Source of the DNA: Candidatus Brocadiia bacterium
GTDB taxonomy: Bacteria; Planctomycetota; Brocadiia; CAIUPP01
Direction of reading: 5' to 3'
Assembly: GCA_050015075.1 (NCBI GenBank)
Contig: JBEKCB010000039.1
Location: forward strand, 1-35,706
Length of the DNA: 35,706 nt
How positions within the stretch are numbered: the stretch's first letter is position 1; each line of letters begins with the position of its first letter. Made by a program: the position numbers and the translations under genes. Below the pieces are notes generated by a model. It was not told the DNA's origin. It saw nothing but the letters and a program-made list of their open reading frames with translations, and did no database searches. This document shows, piece by piece, positions 27,935 through 35,706 of this stretch.

Positions 27935-28948
27935 ATGGCGAAAGAGACGCACATCCTCGTCGTGGACGACGAGCCGAAGATCTGCGAATTCCTGGGAATC
28001 CTTCTCGGCCGCGAAGGATACCAGACCGACTCCGCCTTCAATGCGAGCGACGCGCTGGCGCGGATCGAGCGGAACTCCTACGACCTCGTCCTGACCGACC
28101 TGAAGATGCCGGGCATGGACGGCTTCGAGCTGATCACCCGGCTGAAGAAAATCCGGCCGGACCTGCCGGTGATCATGGTCACCGGCTACGCCACGGTCGA
28201 GACCGCCGTGCAGGCGCTGCGGTACGGCGTGGACGACTACGTGACGAAGCCGTTCAACATTGACGAGCTGCGGAAGGTCATCGCGCGGTCGCTCCAGTCG
28301 GCGACGGCGCAGCAGCAGACGCAGGAGTTGACGGCGCAATTGCAGGCCGCCGGCGAGGAGTTGGCGCGCTGCCGCAAGATTGCGGAGGAGCAGTGCATCT
28401 CGGTCATCCGGATGCTGGTGGCGCGGGTGGAAGCCAAGGACAAATTCATGATCGGCCATTCGCGGCGCGTGGCCGAATACGCGTGCGCCCTGGCGAAGGC
28501 CGCCGGCGTCTCGGTGGATCAGATCGAAATTCTCCACAAGGCGGCGGACCTGCACGACGTCGGCCAGATCGTCATCAACGACCAGATCATGGAGAAGCCT
28601 TCGACGTTCACGGCGGAGGAGCGCGGGCTCGTCCGCGACCACCCGGCGATGGGCGAGCGGATCATCGAGCCGATCGAATCGCTCGGCGCGGCGCGCCCGC
28701 TGATCCGGGCGCACCACGAGCGGATGGACGGCGGCGGCTACCCGGATGGCTTGCGCGGCGGGAATATTCCGCTGCTCGCGCGGATGCTGAGCATCGCCGA
28801 CGCCTTCGACGGGATGACCTCCGAGCGGCCCTACCGCCCGGCGATGACGAAAAGCCGCGCGGCCGAGGAACTCAGCTCCGGCGCCGGCCTGCAGTTCGAC
28901 CCGGAACTTGCGAAGGTCTTCTGCGAGAAAGTCGTCTCGCAACTTTGA
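27935..28948 (+). CDS. Response regulator with an HD-GYP c-di-GMP phosphodiesterase domain
   Basis: ILVVDDE, TDLKMP, TG, KPF; HSRRV, LHDVG, HHERMDGGGYPDG, IADAFD, RPY. Confidence 0.92.
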   Translation: MAKETHILVVDDEPKICEFLGILLGREGYQTDSAFNASDALARIERNSYDLVLTDLKMPGMDGFELITRLKKIRPDLPVIMVTGYATVETAVQALRYGVDDYVTKPFNIDELRKVIARSLQSATAQQQTQELTAQLQAAGEELARCRKIAEEQCISVIRMLVARVEAKDKFMIGHSRRVAEYACALAKAAGVSVDQIEILHKAADLHDVGQIVINDQIMEKPSTFTAEERGLVRDHPAMGERIIEPIESLGAARPLIRAHHERMDGGGYPDGLRGGNIPLLARMLSIADAFDGMTSERPYRPAMTKSRAAEELSSGAGLQFDPELAKVFCEKVVSQL

Positions 28949-28955
28949 CGGACTG

Positions 28956-29978
28956 ATGAGGCCTCGAATGGTCGAAGTTTCGGAAAGAAAAGTGCTTATC
29001 CCCGCCAACGCGCCGGCTCGCGAGGCGGTCGAACTCGCTTTGCGCAACGACGGCTGGCAATCCATCGCGTACCGCGACGCGCATGAGGCGGAGGATGTCC
29101 TCTCGAAGGGCTCGGCGGCCGCCGTGGTGCTTCTCGGACTCGGCGAGCAGCCCAACCGGGTCGAAGTCATCAAAGTCGTGCGCCGGCTCTGCCCGGACGC
29201 CTTCGTCCTCGGCATCGGCGACGGCGGCGGCGAAGCGAGCGCGGACGCCGTTCTCCGCAGCGGCGTCACCCCGCAGGAACTGGCCGTGGCCGTGGCGGCC
29301 GGGGAATCGGTGCGCGAGGCCCGGTCGGCGGAGCGCGCGCTGCGCGAAAAGTTAAAGGCCGTCGAGGAACGCGTGCGCGTCCAAGCCGAGCGCATCCGGG
29401 AAGTCGAGGACCAGTGCCTGAGGCTCACGGCGTGGGCGAGGACTGCCGAGGAGCAGGCGATCCGCGACGAGTTGACCGATCTCTACAACCGGCGGCACTT
29501 CATGCGCGTGGCGGATAACGAACTCGACCGGGCCCGCCGCGACCAGTCGAGCTTCGCCGTCGCCATGCTCGACATTGACCATTTCAAGGCCTACAACGAC
29601 GCCTACGGGCACGTCAAAGGGGACGAGATGCTCGCGCAGTTCGCGCGCGTGCTGGTGAAGAACACGCGGCGGATGGACACCGTGGCGCGCTACGGCGGCG
29701 AGGAGTTCATCCTCCTGCTGCCGGAAACCCAGGAGGCCGGCAAGGTGAACCTGGACCCGATCCGCGTGGTCGAGCGTCTCCGGCTGGCCATCGCGCGCGA
29801 CCCCGTCCTGAACGGCGCGAATAACGTTGACGCGCCCATCACCATCAGCGCCGGCGTCGTCCGGTTTCCGGCGGACGGGCGGACGGGAACTGTTCTCGAG
29901 ATGATCCAGGAAGTGGATGCCCGCCTGTTCCGCGCCAAGCACGCCGGCCGAAACCGCATCTGCGCCTCAGCGGAGTAA
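28956..29978 (+). CDS. Diguanylate cyclase (degenerate REC, coiled coil, GGDEF)
   Basis: RDELTDLYNRR, DIDHFKAYNDAYGH, I-site RRMD, RYGGEEF, AKHAGRN; start at 28956 or 28968. Confidence 0.9.
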   Translation: MRPRMVEVSERKVLIPANAPAREAVELALRNDGWQSIAYRDAHEAEDVLSKGSAAAVVLLGLGEQPNRVEVIKVVRRLCPDAFVLGIGDGGGEASADAVLRSGVTPQELAVAVAAGESVREARSAERALREKLKAVEERVRVQAERIREVEDQCLRLTAWARTAEEQAIRDELTDLYNRRHFMRVADNELDRARRDQSSFAVAMLDIDHFKAYNDAYGHVKGDEMLAQFARVLVKNTRRMDTVARYGGEEFILLLPETQEAGKVNLDPIRVVERLRLAIARDPVLNGANNVDAPITISAGVVRFPADGRTGTVLEMIQEVDARLFRAKHAGRNRICASAE

Positions 29979-30036
29979 CGGCTTGTAATGTGCCCGTCGG
30001 GGCATGGGGATACGAAGCAGCGCCCGGCGGCGCCAC

Positions 30037-30813
30037 TTATACACCAGCGCTCGGCACGGGCGGCTTGGGGCGGCGGCAGTAGATCATTCCCTGTATGATG
30101 CCATCCACGACGCACGCGCCCAGCGCAACGGCCGCCCCAACGATCATCAGTTCCGACCCGCGCAGCGCCGGATCCTTCGCCGGGCCGGCCATCGCGCCGG
30201 TGGCCATGTAGAGAATCCACAAGGCCGCCGCCGACGTGAGGGCCAGGAACTTCATGCCGCGGAGCGCATGCCGCTCGATCGCCCGCGCGCTCAGGAAAAT
30301 GCCGATGGACCAGAGCAGGTTGAAGGCGAAGAACGCGGCCAGCACCAGCGGGACAAACGCCGCGCGCCCCTCGCGGCTGACCAGGACGATGCCGTAGATG
30401 ATCCCGGCGTGAGTGAGAACGAGGAAGATGTTCGCCACGAAGCCGGAGTAAATCCGCCGGTCGCTCACCGGCGATTCCAGGTACAGGTAGTCCAGCACGC
30501 GGCCCATCAACAGGTAGCGCATCGTCAGCAGGATCGTGATGGCCATGATCGCGATCAGGCCGATGAGCCGGTGGTTCCGCACCCAGAAGTCGCTCGCGCG
30601 CTGCTGGATCGCCGCGGTGGTCTCCGTGCCGACGAGCAGTTTCGAGGCGGCCTTCAGGAAGGGCGGCGCCGTGACGAGGTCGCGCGCGTTGAGCTCGGCG
30701 TTGATGCCGATGCCGGACTCCCAGAAGATGACGCCGGCGAGCACGATCATCAGAAGCTTGAGCGCGCCCAGCGCTCCCTCGCGCGTCACCGCCACATGGA
30801 TTTCGCCCGGCAT
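30037..30813 (-). CDS. Hypothetical polytopic membrane protein
   Basis: Start MPGEIHV at 30813; about 6 hydrophobic segments; codon style matches the neighbours. The upstream extension of the ORF overlaps the Trm112-like gene. Confidence 0.7.
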   Translation of the reverse strand: MPGEIHVAVTREGALGALKLLMIVLAGVIFWESGIGINAELNARDLVTAPPFLKAASKLLVGTETTAAIQQRASDFWVRNHRLIGLIAIMAITILLTMRYLLMGRVLDYLYLESPVSDRRIYSGFVANIFLVLTHAGIIYGIVLVSREGRAAFVPLVLAAFFAFNLLWSIGIFLSARAIERHALRGMKFLALTSAAALWILYMATGAMAGPAKDPALRGSELMIVGAAVALGACVVDGIIQGMIYCRRPKPPVPSAGV

Positions 30814-31017
30814 GGTCCGATCCTTTTCGCCGTCCGACACGAACTGAAACCGCCAGAGTATACCGGCTCGCGGAAGGGGCGTCAACGCAGCGGATGACGG
30901 CTGACCGGGCGGCGCCTCCTCGAACGTTTGCGGGCATCGTTGCAATCGGTTCGGTACGCTGCTAAAATACGGCGCGTCGTCGGTCAGGGTCTGAGCAACG
31001 CCGCAAGTGGAACGAGC

Positions 31018-31281
31018 GTGGATAGTCGGCTTCTGAGCATCCTGGCCTGTCCGTGGTGCCTGGGCGGTCTGGAGCGGACGGGAGAACGTCTGAAGTGCGG
31101 AACCTGCGGCGCGGTTTACTCGATCCGCGACGGCATTCCGAATATGCTCGTGGAACAGGCCGACCTGTTTTGCCCCCAGTGCAAGGCGCCGCTGGAAAAG
31201 CGCGGACGTGAAGCCGCGTGCGCGACTTGCGGGCGCCACTTCCGGATGGACCCGCGACTGACGACCGGCGATTCGCGGTGA
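31018..31281 (+). CDS. Trm112-like protein with a second zinc-ribbon repeat
   Basis: GTG start; DSRLLSILACPWC...L...CGTCGAVYSIRDGIPNML (Trm112 pattern), then CPQCKAPL...CATCGRHF. Confidence 0.8.
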   Translation: MDSRLLSILACPWCLGGLERTGERLKCGTCGAVYSIRDGIPNMLVEQADLFCPQCKAPLEKRGREAACATCGRHFRMDPRLTTGDSR

Positions 31282-31341
31282 AGGCATCGTTCGCCGGCTG
31301 CGGCTCGCCGGACCTTTGTCACGGCATCATGGAAAAGGTAA

Positions 31342-32094
31342 ATGCAGGCGATCATATCCGACATCCATAGCAACCTCGAAGCGTTCAGCGCCATGCTCGA
31401 CGACATTCAGCGGCGCGGCGTGACGGAAATCATCTGTCTCGGCGACGTGATCGGCTACGGGCCGAACCCGCGCGAATGCCTCGATCACGCGCGCGAATTC
31501 CGCCTCTGCCTTCTCGGCAATCACGAGGAGGCCGTGCTCTTCGAGGCCCAGGCGCAGGGCTTCAATCCCCGCGCCACCACCGCCGTCCGGTGGACCGCCA
31601 AGCAATTCGATATGCTCGGCGACGTCAAGCGCGAGAACGCGCCGCGCTGGGACTTCATGGGCGCCATGCCGCGCTACTACTCCGGCAACGGCGTCCTGCT
31701 CGTGCACGGCTCGCCGACCGACCCGACGCGCGAATACATCTACACGACCGACGTGCGCAACCCGAACAAAATGGAGCGCCTCTTCTCCCAGATCGAGCAC
31801 CTCTGCTTCGTCGGTCACACGCACGTGCCGGGCATCTGGACGGACGACATGACGTACCGCTCACCCGAAGAGCTGGGCTACCAATACCGGATCACGCCGC
31901 GCAAGACCATCGTCAACGTCGGCTCCATCGGACAGCCGCGCGACAACGACCCGCGCGCGTGTTACGTCCTTTTCGACGGCAGCCTCATCCAGTTCGTGAA
32001 GTTGCCTTACGACCTCGACACGACGGTCAAAAAGATCTACGCCATTGACGGTCTCGACCGCTCGCTCGGCGATCGGCTTCGCGAGGGGAGATAA
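31342..32094 (+). CDS. Calcineurin-like metallophosphoesterase
   Basis: ISDIHSN, LGDVIGYG, GNHE, HGSP, GHTH, NVGSIGQPRD. Confidence 0.92.
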   Translation: MQAIISDIHSNLEAFSAMLDDIQRRGVTEIICLGDVIGYGPNPRECLDHAREFRLCLLGNHEEAVLFEAQAQGFNPRATTAVRWTAKQFDMLGDVKRENAPRWDFMGAMPRYYSGNGVLLVHGSPTDPTREYIYTTDVRNPNKMERLFSQIEHLCFVGHTHVPGIWTDDMTYRSPEELGYQYRITPRKTIVNVGSIGQPRDNDPRACYVLFDGSLIQFVKLPYDLDTTVKKIYAIDGLDRSLGDRLREGR

Positions 32095-32097
32095 CGG

Positions 32098-33891
32098 GTG
32101 GACCGGCGCACCATCATCGCCTTCACCCTGATCGGCCTGCTCACCGTCCTCTTCTTCTGGAGTCAGCAGCGGCGGCTCCCGACCGCATCGCCTGCGACCG
32201 AGATCGCCGCGCCCGCCGCTGCTGAACCGGTTTCCGGCGCCGTCGCGAGCACCTCCAGTCCGCCCGCGCCGCCGGCCATCGAAGTCGGACCGCAGCCGGC
32301 TCTTAACCAAGACATCCTTCTGCCGACCGCCGGGCTCAAGTATCAGATGCGCTGGTCGAACCAGGGCGCGTGCCTCCGCGAAGCGCGCCTCACCGATTAT
32401 CGCCAGCGCCGCAATGCGCCGGAAGGCGTCCTGCTTCTCGATGCTCCCGCAAACGGGCCCGCTACGTTCACGCTCCAGGATCCCAAGGGCGTGCTGCCGC
32501 TGGACAGCCGGAATTACGATTTGCTGGAGAAGAGCGACAGCCGCCTGGTGTTCGCGGCGACTTTTCCCAACGGGCTGCGCGTGACCAAGGAGTACGTCCC
32601 GGAACCCGGGAAATACGAACTGCGCGTAAAAGTCACGCTCAAGAACGTCGGCAGCCAGCCGCTGGAGACGCAATACGCCATCGTCGCGGCGGGGCGGCTG
32701 GTCCCTGAAGCCGGCCTGAGCAATGAAGTGTTCGCCGCGATCGGACGGCGCCAGCCGTCGGGAAGCGTCGACATTGACCGCGTGATGCCCGGTTCGGCGG
32801 AGAAGCACAATGAGGCCGACGCCAAGGCGCAAGCGAACGGCGTCATTCCCTACCCGCTGATCTGGGCAGGCGCCGGCAACCGCTATTTCGCCGCCATCCT
32901 TCGGCCGACCTTTAAGGGAAACGAGGATTCAACAAACGTTCTTGTCCCCTGGCCGCCTATCGAGTCACTGCCGAAATGCGACGAGATCAGGACCACCACC
33001 GGCAGCCTCGCCCTGACCGACAACGTCGTCGTCAAACTCATGACCAAGGAGCGCCCCCTCAAGCCCGGCGAAGAGGTTGCTGACGAGTACACCTATTTCC
33101 TCGGGCCGATGGACCAGAAAGTGCTCGTGGAGTACCCCGACATCGCCGGGTTGCAGAACTACGGCTGGTTCGGCTTCGTCAGCAAGATCCTCCTGGCGGT
33201 CCTGCACGGCCTTTACCGCGTGATCCCGAACTACGGCGTCGGGATCATCCTGATGACGGTCCTGGTGCGACTCTGCCTCTTCCCCATGACGCGCAAGGGG
33301 CAGATCGCCATGCACCGCATGCAGAAACTCCAGCCGCTGATCAAGGAGATGCAGGAGAAGTACAAGGACGACCGGCAGCGGCAGGGCCGCGAGATGATGG
33401 AGCTCTACCGCAAGCACAACGCGAACCCGATGAGCGGCTGCTGGCCGATGCTCCTCCAATTGCCCATCCTCTGGGGCCTTTTCAGGATGCTCCAGAACTC
33501 CATTGACTTGCGTCAGCAGCCGTTCGTGTTCTGGATCACCGACCTCTCGAAACCGGACACGATCGCCGCCCTCGGCGGCATCCCGGTGAACATCCTTCCG
33601 GTGCTGATGACGATCAGTTCGCTCGTGCAGCAGTTCACCATGCCCAGGCCGGCGGATCCGCAGCAGGCGCAGACGCAGAAGATGATGATGTTCATGCCGG
33701 TCCTCATGTGCGTCATGTTCTACGGCATGGCCTCCGGCCTGACGCTCTACTGGCTGACCAGCACCACCTTGGGCATCGTCGAGCAGCGCATCGTCAAGCT
33801 GCACATCAAGCGCATGGAGGCTCGCGGCGACTTCGCGCCCGAAGAGGAAGAGACGGAAAAGGGCGGCCGGCAGAAGTTCAAGCGGAAATGA
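32098..33891 (+). CDS. yidC: Membrane protein insertase YidC
   Basis: N-terminal TM, periplasmic domain, YGWF, NYGVGII, MQKLQP, NPMSGCWPMLLQLPI, WITDLSKPD, GLTLYW. Confidence 0.96.
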   Translation: MDRRTIIAFTLIGLLTVLFFWSQQRRLPTASPATEIAAPAAAEPVSGAVASTSSPPAPPAIEVGPQPALNQDILLPTAGLKYQMRWSNQGACLREARLTDYRQRRNAPEGVLLLDAPANGPATFTLQDPKGVLPLDSRNYDLLEKSDSRLVFAATFPNGLRVTKEYVPEPGKYELRVKVTLKNVGSQPLETQYAIVAAGRLVPEAGLSNEVFAAIGRRQPSGSVDIDRVMPGSAEKHNEADAKAQANGVIPYPLIWAGAGNRYFAAILRPTFKGNEDSTNVLVPWPPIESLPKCDEIRTTTGSLALTDNVVVKLMTKERPLKPGEEVADEYTYFLGPMDQKVLVEYPDIAGLQNYGWFGFVSKILLAVLHGLYRVIPNYGVGIILMTVLVRLCLFPMTRKGQIAMHRMQKLQPLIKEMQEKYKDDRQRQGREMMELYRKHNANPMSGCWPMLLQLPILWGLFRMLQNSIDLRQQPFVFWITDLSKPDTIAALGGIPVNILPVLMTISSLVQQFTMPRPADPQQAQTQKMMMFMPVLMCVMFYGMASGLTLYWLTSTTLGIVEQRIVKLHIKRMEARGDFAPEEEETEKGGRQKFKRK

Positions 33892-33913
33892 AGTTGGTTT
33901 CATAGCCTTCGTA

Positions 33914-33997
33914 CTCGTCCTCGTCGTCGTCCTCGGCCTCGAACTGCGCATCTGAACGGCCGAGAACGACGACGAGGACGAGGACGAGGACGAGGAC
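33914..33997. repeat. 25-bp inverted repeat built from (GAGGAC/GACGAC)n units
   Basis: ctcgtcctcgtcgtcgtcctcggcc (33914-33938) pairs with ggccgagaacgacgacgaggacgag (33958-33982) with one mismatch; (GAGGAC)x4 at 33974-33997. Confidence 0.8.
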
Positions 33998-34043
33998 GAT
34001 TGGTTACTGCTCGACCCGCCGGTCCCACGCGAGAGATTCCCGG

Positions 34044-35414
34044 ATGCGGCATATCCACGCCGGCGATACCATCGTGGCCGTCTCCTCAGCGGCCGGTCCG
34101 TCCGCGCGCGGCATCGTGCGCATGAGCGGACCCGGCGCGCTCCGTTTCCTTTCGCGCATCCTCGCCGCACCTGGCGCGCCGCCGAAACGGAACTACCGCG
34201 CCTTCTCAGCGCGGCTCGACCTGGACGGTACGCCGCTCCCCGCGCGAATCTACGTCATGCGCGCCCCGACTTCCTACACGCGCGAGGACATCGTCGAGCT
34301 GCACACCTTCGGCAACCCGGCGCTTCAGCGCGGCCTGCTCGACCGGCTGACGAGCCTGGGCGCGCGTCCGGCCGAGGCGGGCGAGTTCACCCGCCGGGCG
34401 TTCCTCAACGGCCGCATTGACCTGGCACAGGCCGAGTCGGTTGAAGCGCTCATCCACGCGCGCAGCCAGGCGGAATACCGCGCCGCGCTCGATGTCCTCG
34501 GCGGCGGCCTGAGCCGGCGCATCCGCGCCATCCGGACGCGCGTCGTGGAACTGTCCGCGGCGGTGGAGACCTCGCTCGACTTCTCCGACCACGACGTGCC
34601 GGGCATCTCGCATGAGGAAATCGCGAAGCGCCTGGCGCCGCTCTGTGACGAGATCGGCCATCTCATCGCCGCCGGAGGCGAGGGCCGGCTCTCGCCTTCC
34701 TTCGCGCGCGCCGTGCTCTTTGGCCCGCCCAACGCGGGGAAATCCAGCCTGTTCAACGCCATGCTCCGGCGCCGCCGCGCCATCGTCTCGCCGCACCCGG
34801 GCACCACGCGCGACGCGGTCGAGGCCACCATGGGGCTCCGCTCGCTGGAACTGCTCCTCGTGGATACGGCCGGCCTGCGCCCGACCGGCGACGGGCTCGA
34901 AGGGGCGGCGGTCGCCAAGTCGCGCCACTCCGTGCGGCGCGCGGACCTGGCGCTCTGCGTGCTCGACGCGGCGCAACCGCCCGGCGCTGAGACGCGCGAA
35001 TCGCTCGAATCCCTGCCGCCCGGCCGCGGCATGATCGTCCTGAACAAGTGCGACCTCGGCCCGTGTCATCCCGGCCTGACGGAGATCCTGCCACCCGGCG
35101 TAGAGAGGACGGTCATTTCCGCCGCCACCGGAACGGGCGTCAAGGAACTGCTCGAACTCATCCGCAAACGCGTGGAATCCGGGCGCGTGGACCGAAGCGC
35201 CGGCGAACTCATGGTCAGCGCGCGCCAGGCGCATCTCCTCGGCCGCGCCCTGGGCGCCCTGAAGCATCTCCTCGGCGAAGGCCCGGACCAGGCGCTGGAC
35301 CTCGTCGCGTGCGACCTTGCCGACGCGCTCGCCTCGCTGAGCGAACTCACCGGCGACGCCGTGACCGAGGACGTGCTCGACAGAATTTTCTCCACCTTCT
35401 GCATCGGGAAATAG
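34044..35414 (+). CDS. mnmE: tRNA modification GTPase MnmE
   Basis: DTIVAVS, SYTRED, GEFTRRAFLNGRIDLAQAE, GPPNAGKSS, PGTTRD, DTAG, NKCD, C-terminal FCIGK. Confidence 0.97.
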   Translation: MRHIHAGDTIVAVSSAAGPSARGIVRMSGPGALRFLSRILAAPGAPPKRNYRAFSARLDLDGTPLPARIYVMRAPTSYTREDIVELHTFGNPALQRGLLDRLTSLGARPAEAGEFTRRAFLNGRIDLAQAESVEALIHARSQAEYRAALDVLGGGLSRRIRAIRTRVVELSAAVETSLDFSDHDVPGISHEEIAKRLAPLCDEIGHLIAAGGEGRLSPSFARAVLFGPPNAGKSSLFNAMLRRRRAIVSPHPGTTRDAVEATMGLRSLELLLVDTAGLRPTGDGLEGAAVAKSRHSVRRADLALCVLDAAQPPGAETRESLESLPPGRGMIVLNKCDLGPCHPGLTEILPPGVERTVISAATGTGVKELLELIRKRVESGRVDRSAGELMVSARQAHLLGRALGALKHLLGEGPDQALDLVACDLADALASLSELTGDAVTEDVLDRIFSTFCIGK

Positions 35415-35430
35415 CGCGGCATCGGAACGG

Positions 35431-35459
35431 TTGACAGGTCGTGCGTTCGCCGGTAGAAT
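35431..35459 (+). promoter_or_regulatory. Sigma70 promoter of the tRNA
   Basis: TTGACA-N17-TAGAAT, 10 nt before the tRNA. Confidence 0.8.
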
Positions 35460-35469
35460 CCATCAAAGC

Positions 35470-35556
35470 GCCGAAGTGGCGGAATTGGCAGACGCGCTAG
35501 GTTCAGGACCTAGTGGGTGTAAGCCCTTGCGAGTTCAAATCTCGCCTTCGGCACCA
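35470..35556 (+). tRNA. tRNA-Leu(CAG)
   Basis: Acceptor stem GCCGAAG/CTTCGGC plus ACCA; D-arm TGGCGGAATTGGCAGACGC; anticodon stem CTAGG-TTCAGGA-CCTAG; long variable arm; GTTCAAATC T-loop. Confidence 0.97.
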
Positions 35557-35567
35557 ATAGAAAACGT

Positions 35568-35603
35568 AGGCCGGGCGTGGAGATTCCGCGCCCGGCCTTT
35601 TTT
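35568..35603 (+). terminator. Rho-independent terminator
   Basis: aggccgggcgtgga-gat-tccgcgcccggcct followed by a T run. Confidence 0.85.
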
Positions 35604-35706
35604 CTAGCGTGCCTTCCAATGCCGTCACCTTCGCCCAAAAGTGATGTAGTTTGTATGTAGCGGTGGTCATCGCTTTCCTTCCGTCCCAGTGGGCCGAAGG
35701 CTCACC

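Noticed and set aside
33914-33997. Possible CRISPR repeat or poly-Ser/poly-Asp-Glu coding tract
   Set aside because: There are no unique spacers and no cas genes. The poly-Ser occurs only in a shadow ORF, so the region is treated as a non-coding inverted repeat.
35556-35706. Possible integrative element at tRNA-Leu
   Set aside because: A terminator follows the tRNA directly, and no integrase or duplicated tRNA 3' end is visible. Too little sequence remains to judge further.

Overview
This is a high-GC bacterial chromosomal window with no CRISPR array, integrase or transposase. Its gene repertoire is compatible with a Planctomycetota/PVC-type organism, but that is inference only. From left to right it holds: (1) a minus-strand isoprenoid operon running off the left edge (ferredoxin, B12-type radical SAM, squalene-hopene-cyclase-like DxDD cyclase, DUF116-polyprenyl synthase fusion, single-barrel prenyltransferase-like protein, LolD-like ABC ATPase); (2) typA, divergent from a TPR gene and a Ycf46-like AAA ATPase; (3) a DUF6364-like antitoxin followed by a remnant of a deleted PIN toxin; (4) an exported flavin oxidoreductase, two convergent GT-C/ArnT-like glycosyltransferases, a prokaryotic pentameric ligand-gated ion channel and uxaC; (5) small membrane proteins, an MFS transporter, an M20 peptidase and a CopA-type ATPase; (6) a four-gene HK / pseudo-HK / REC-HD-GYP / GGDEF c-di-GMP operon; (7) a Trm112-like protein, a metallophosphoesterase, yidC, mnmE and tRNA-Leu(CAG) with promoter and terminator. 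The best candidate for an undescribed system is the terpenoid operon. It has no squalene synthase in view, and its radical SAM looks like the archaeal GDGT ring-synthase (Grs) family. Three different short-period palindromic repeat elements also lie in intergenic gaps.
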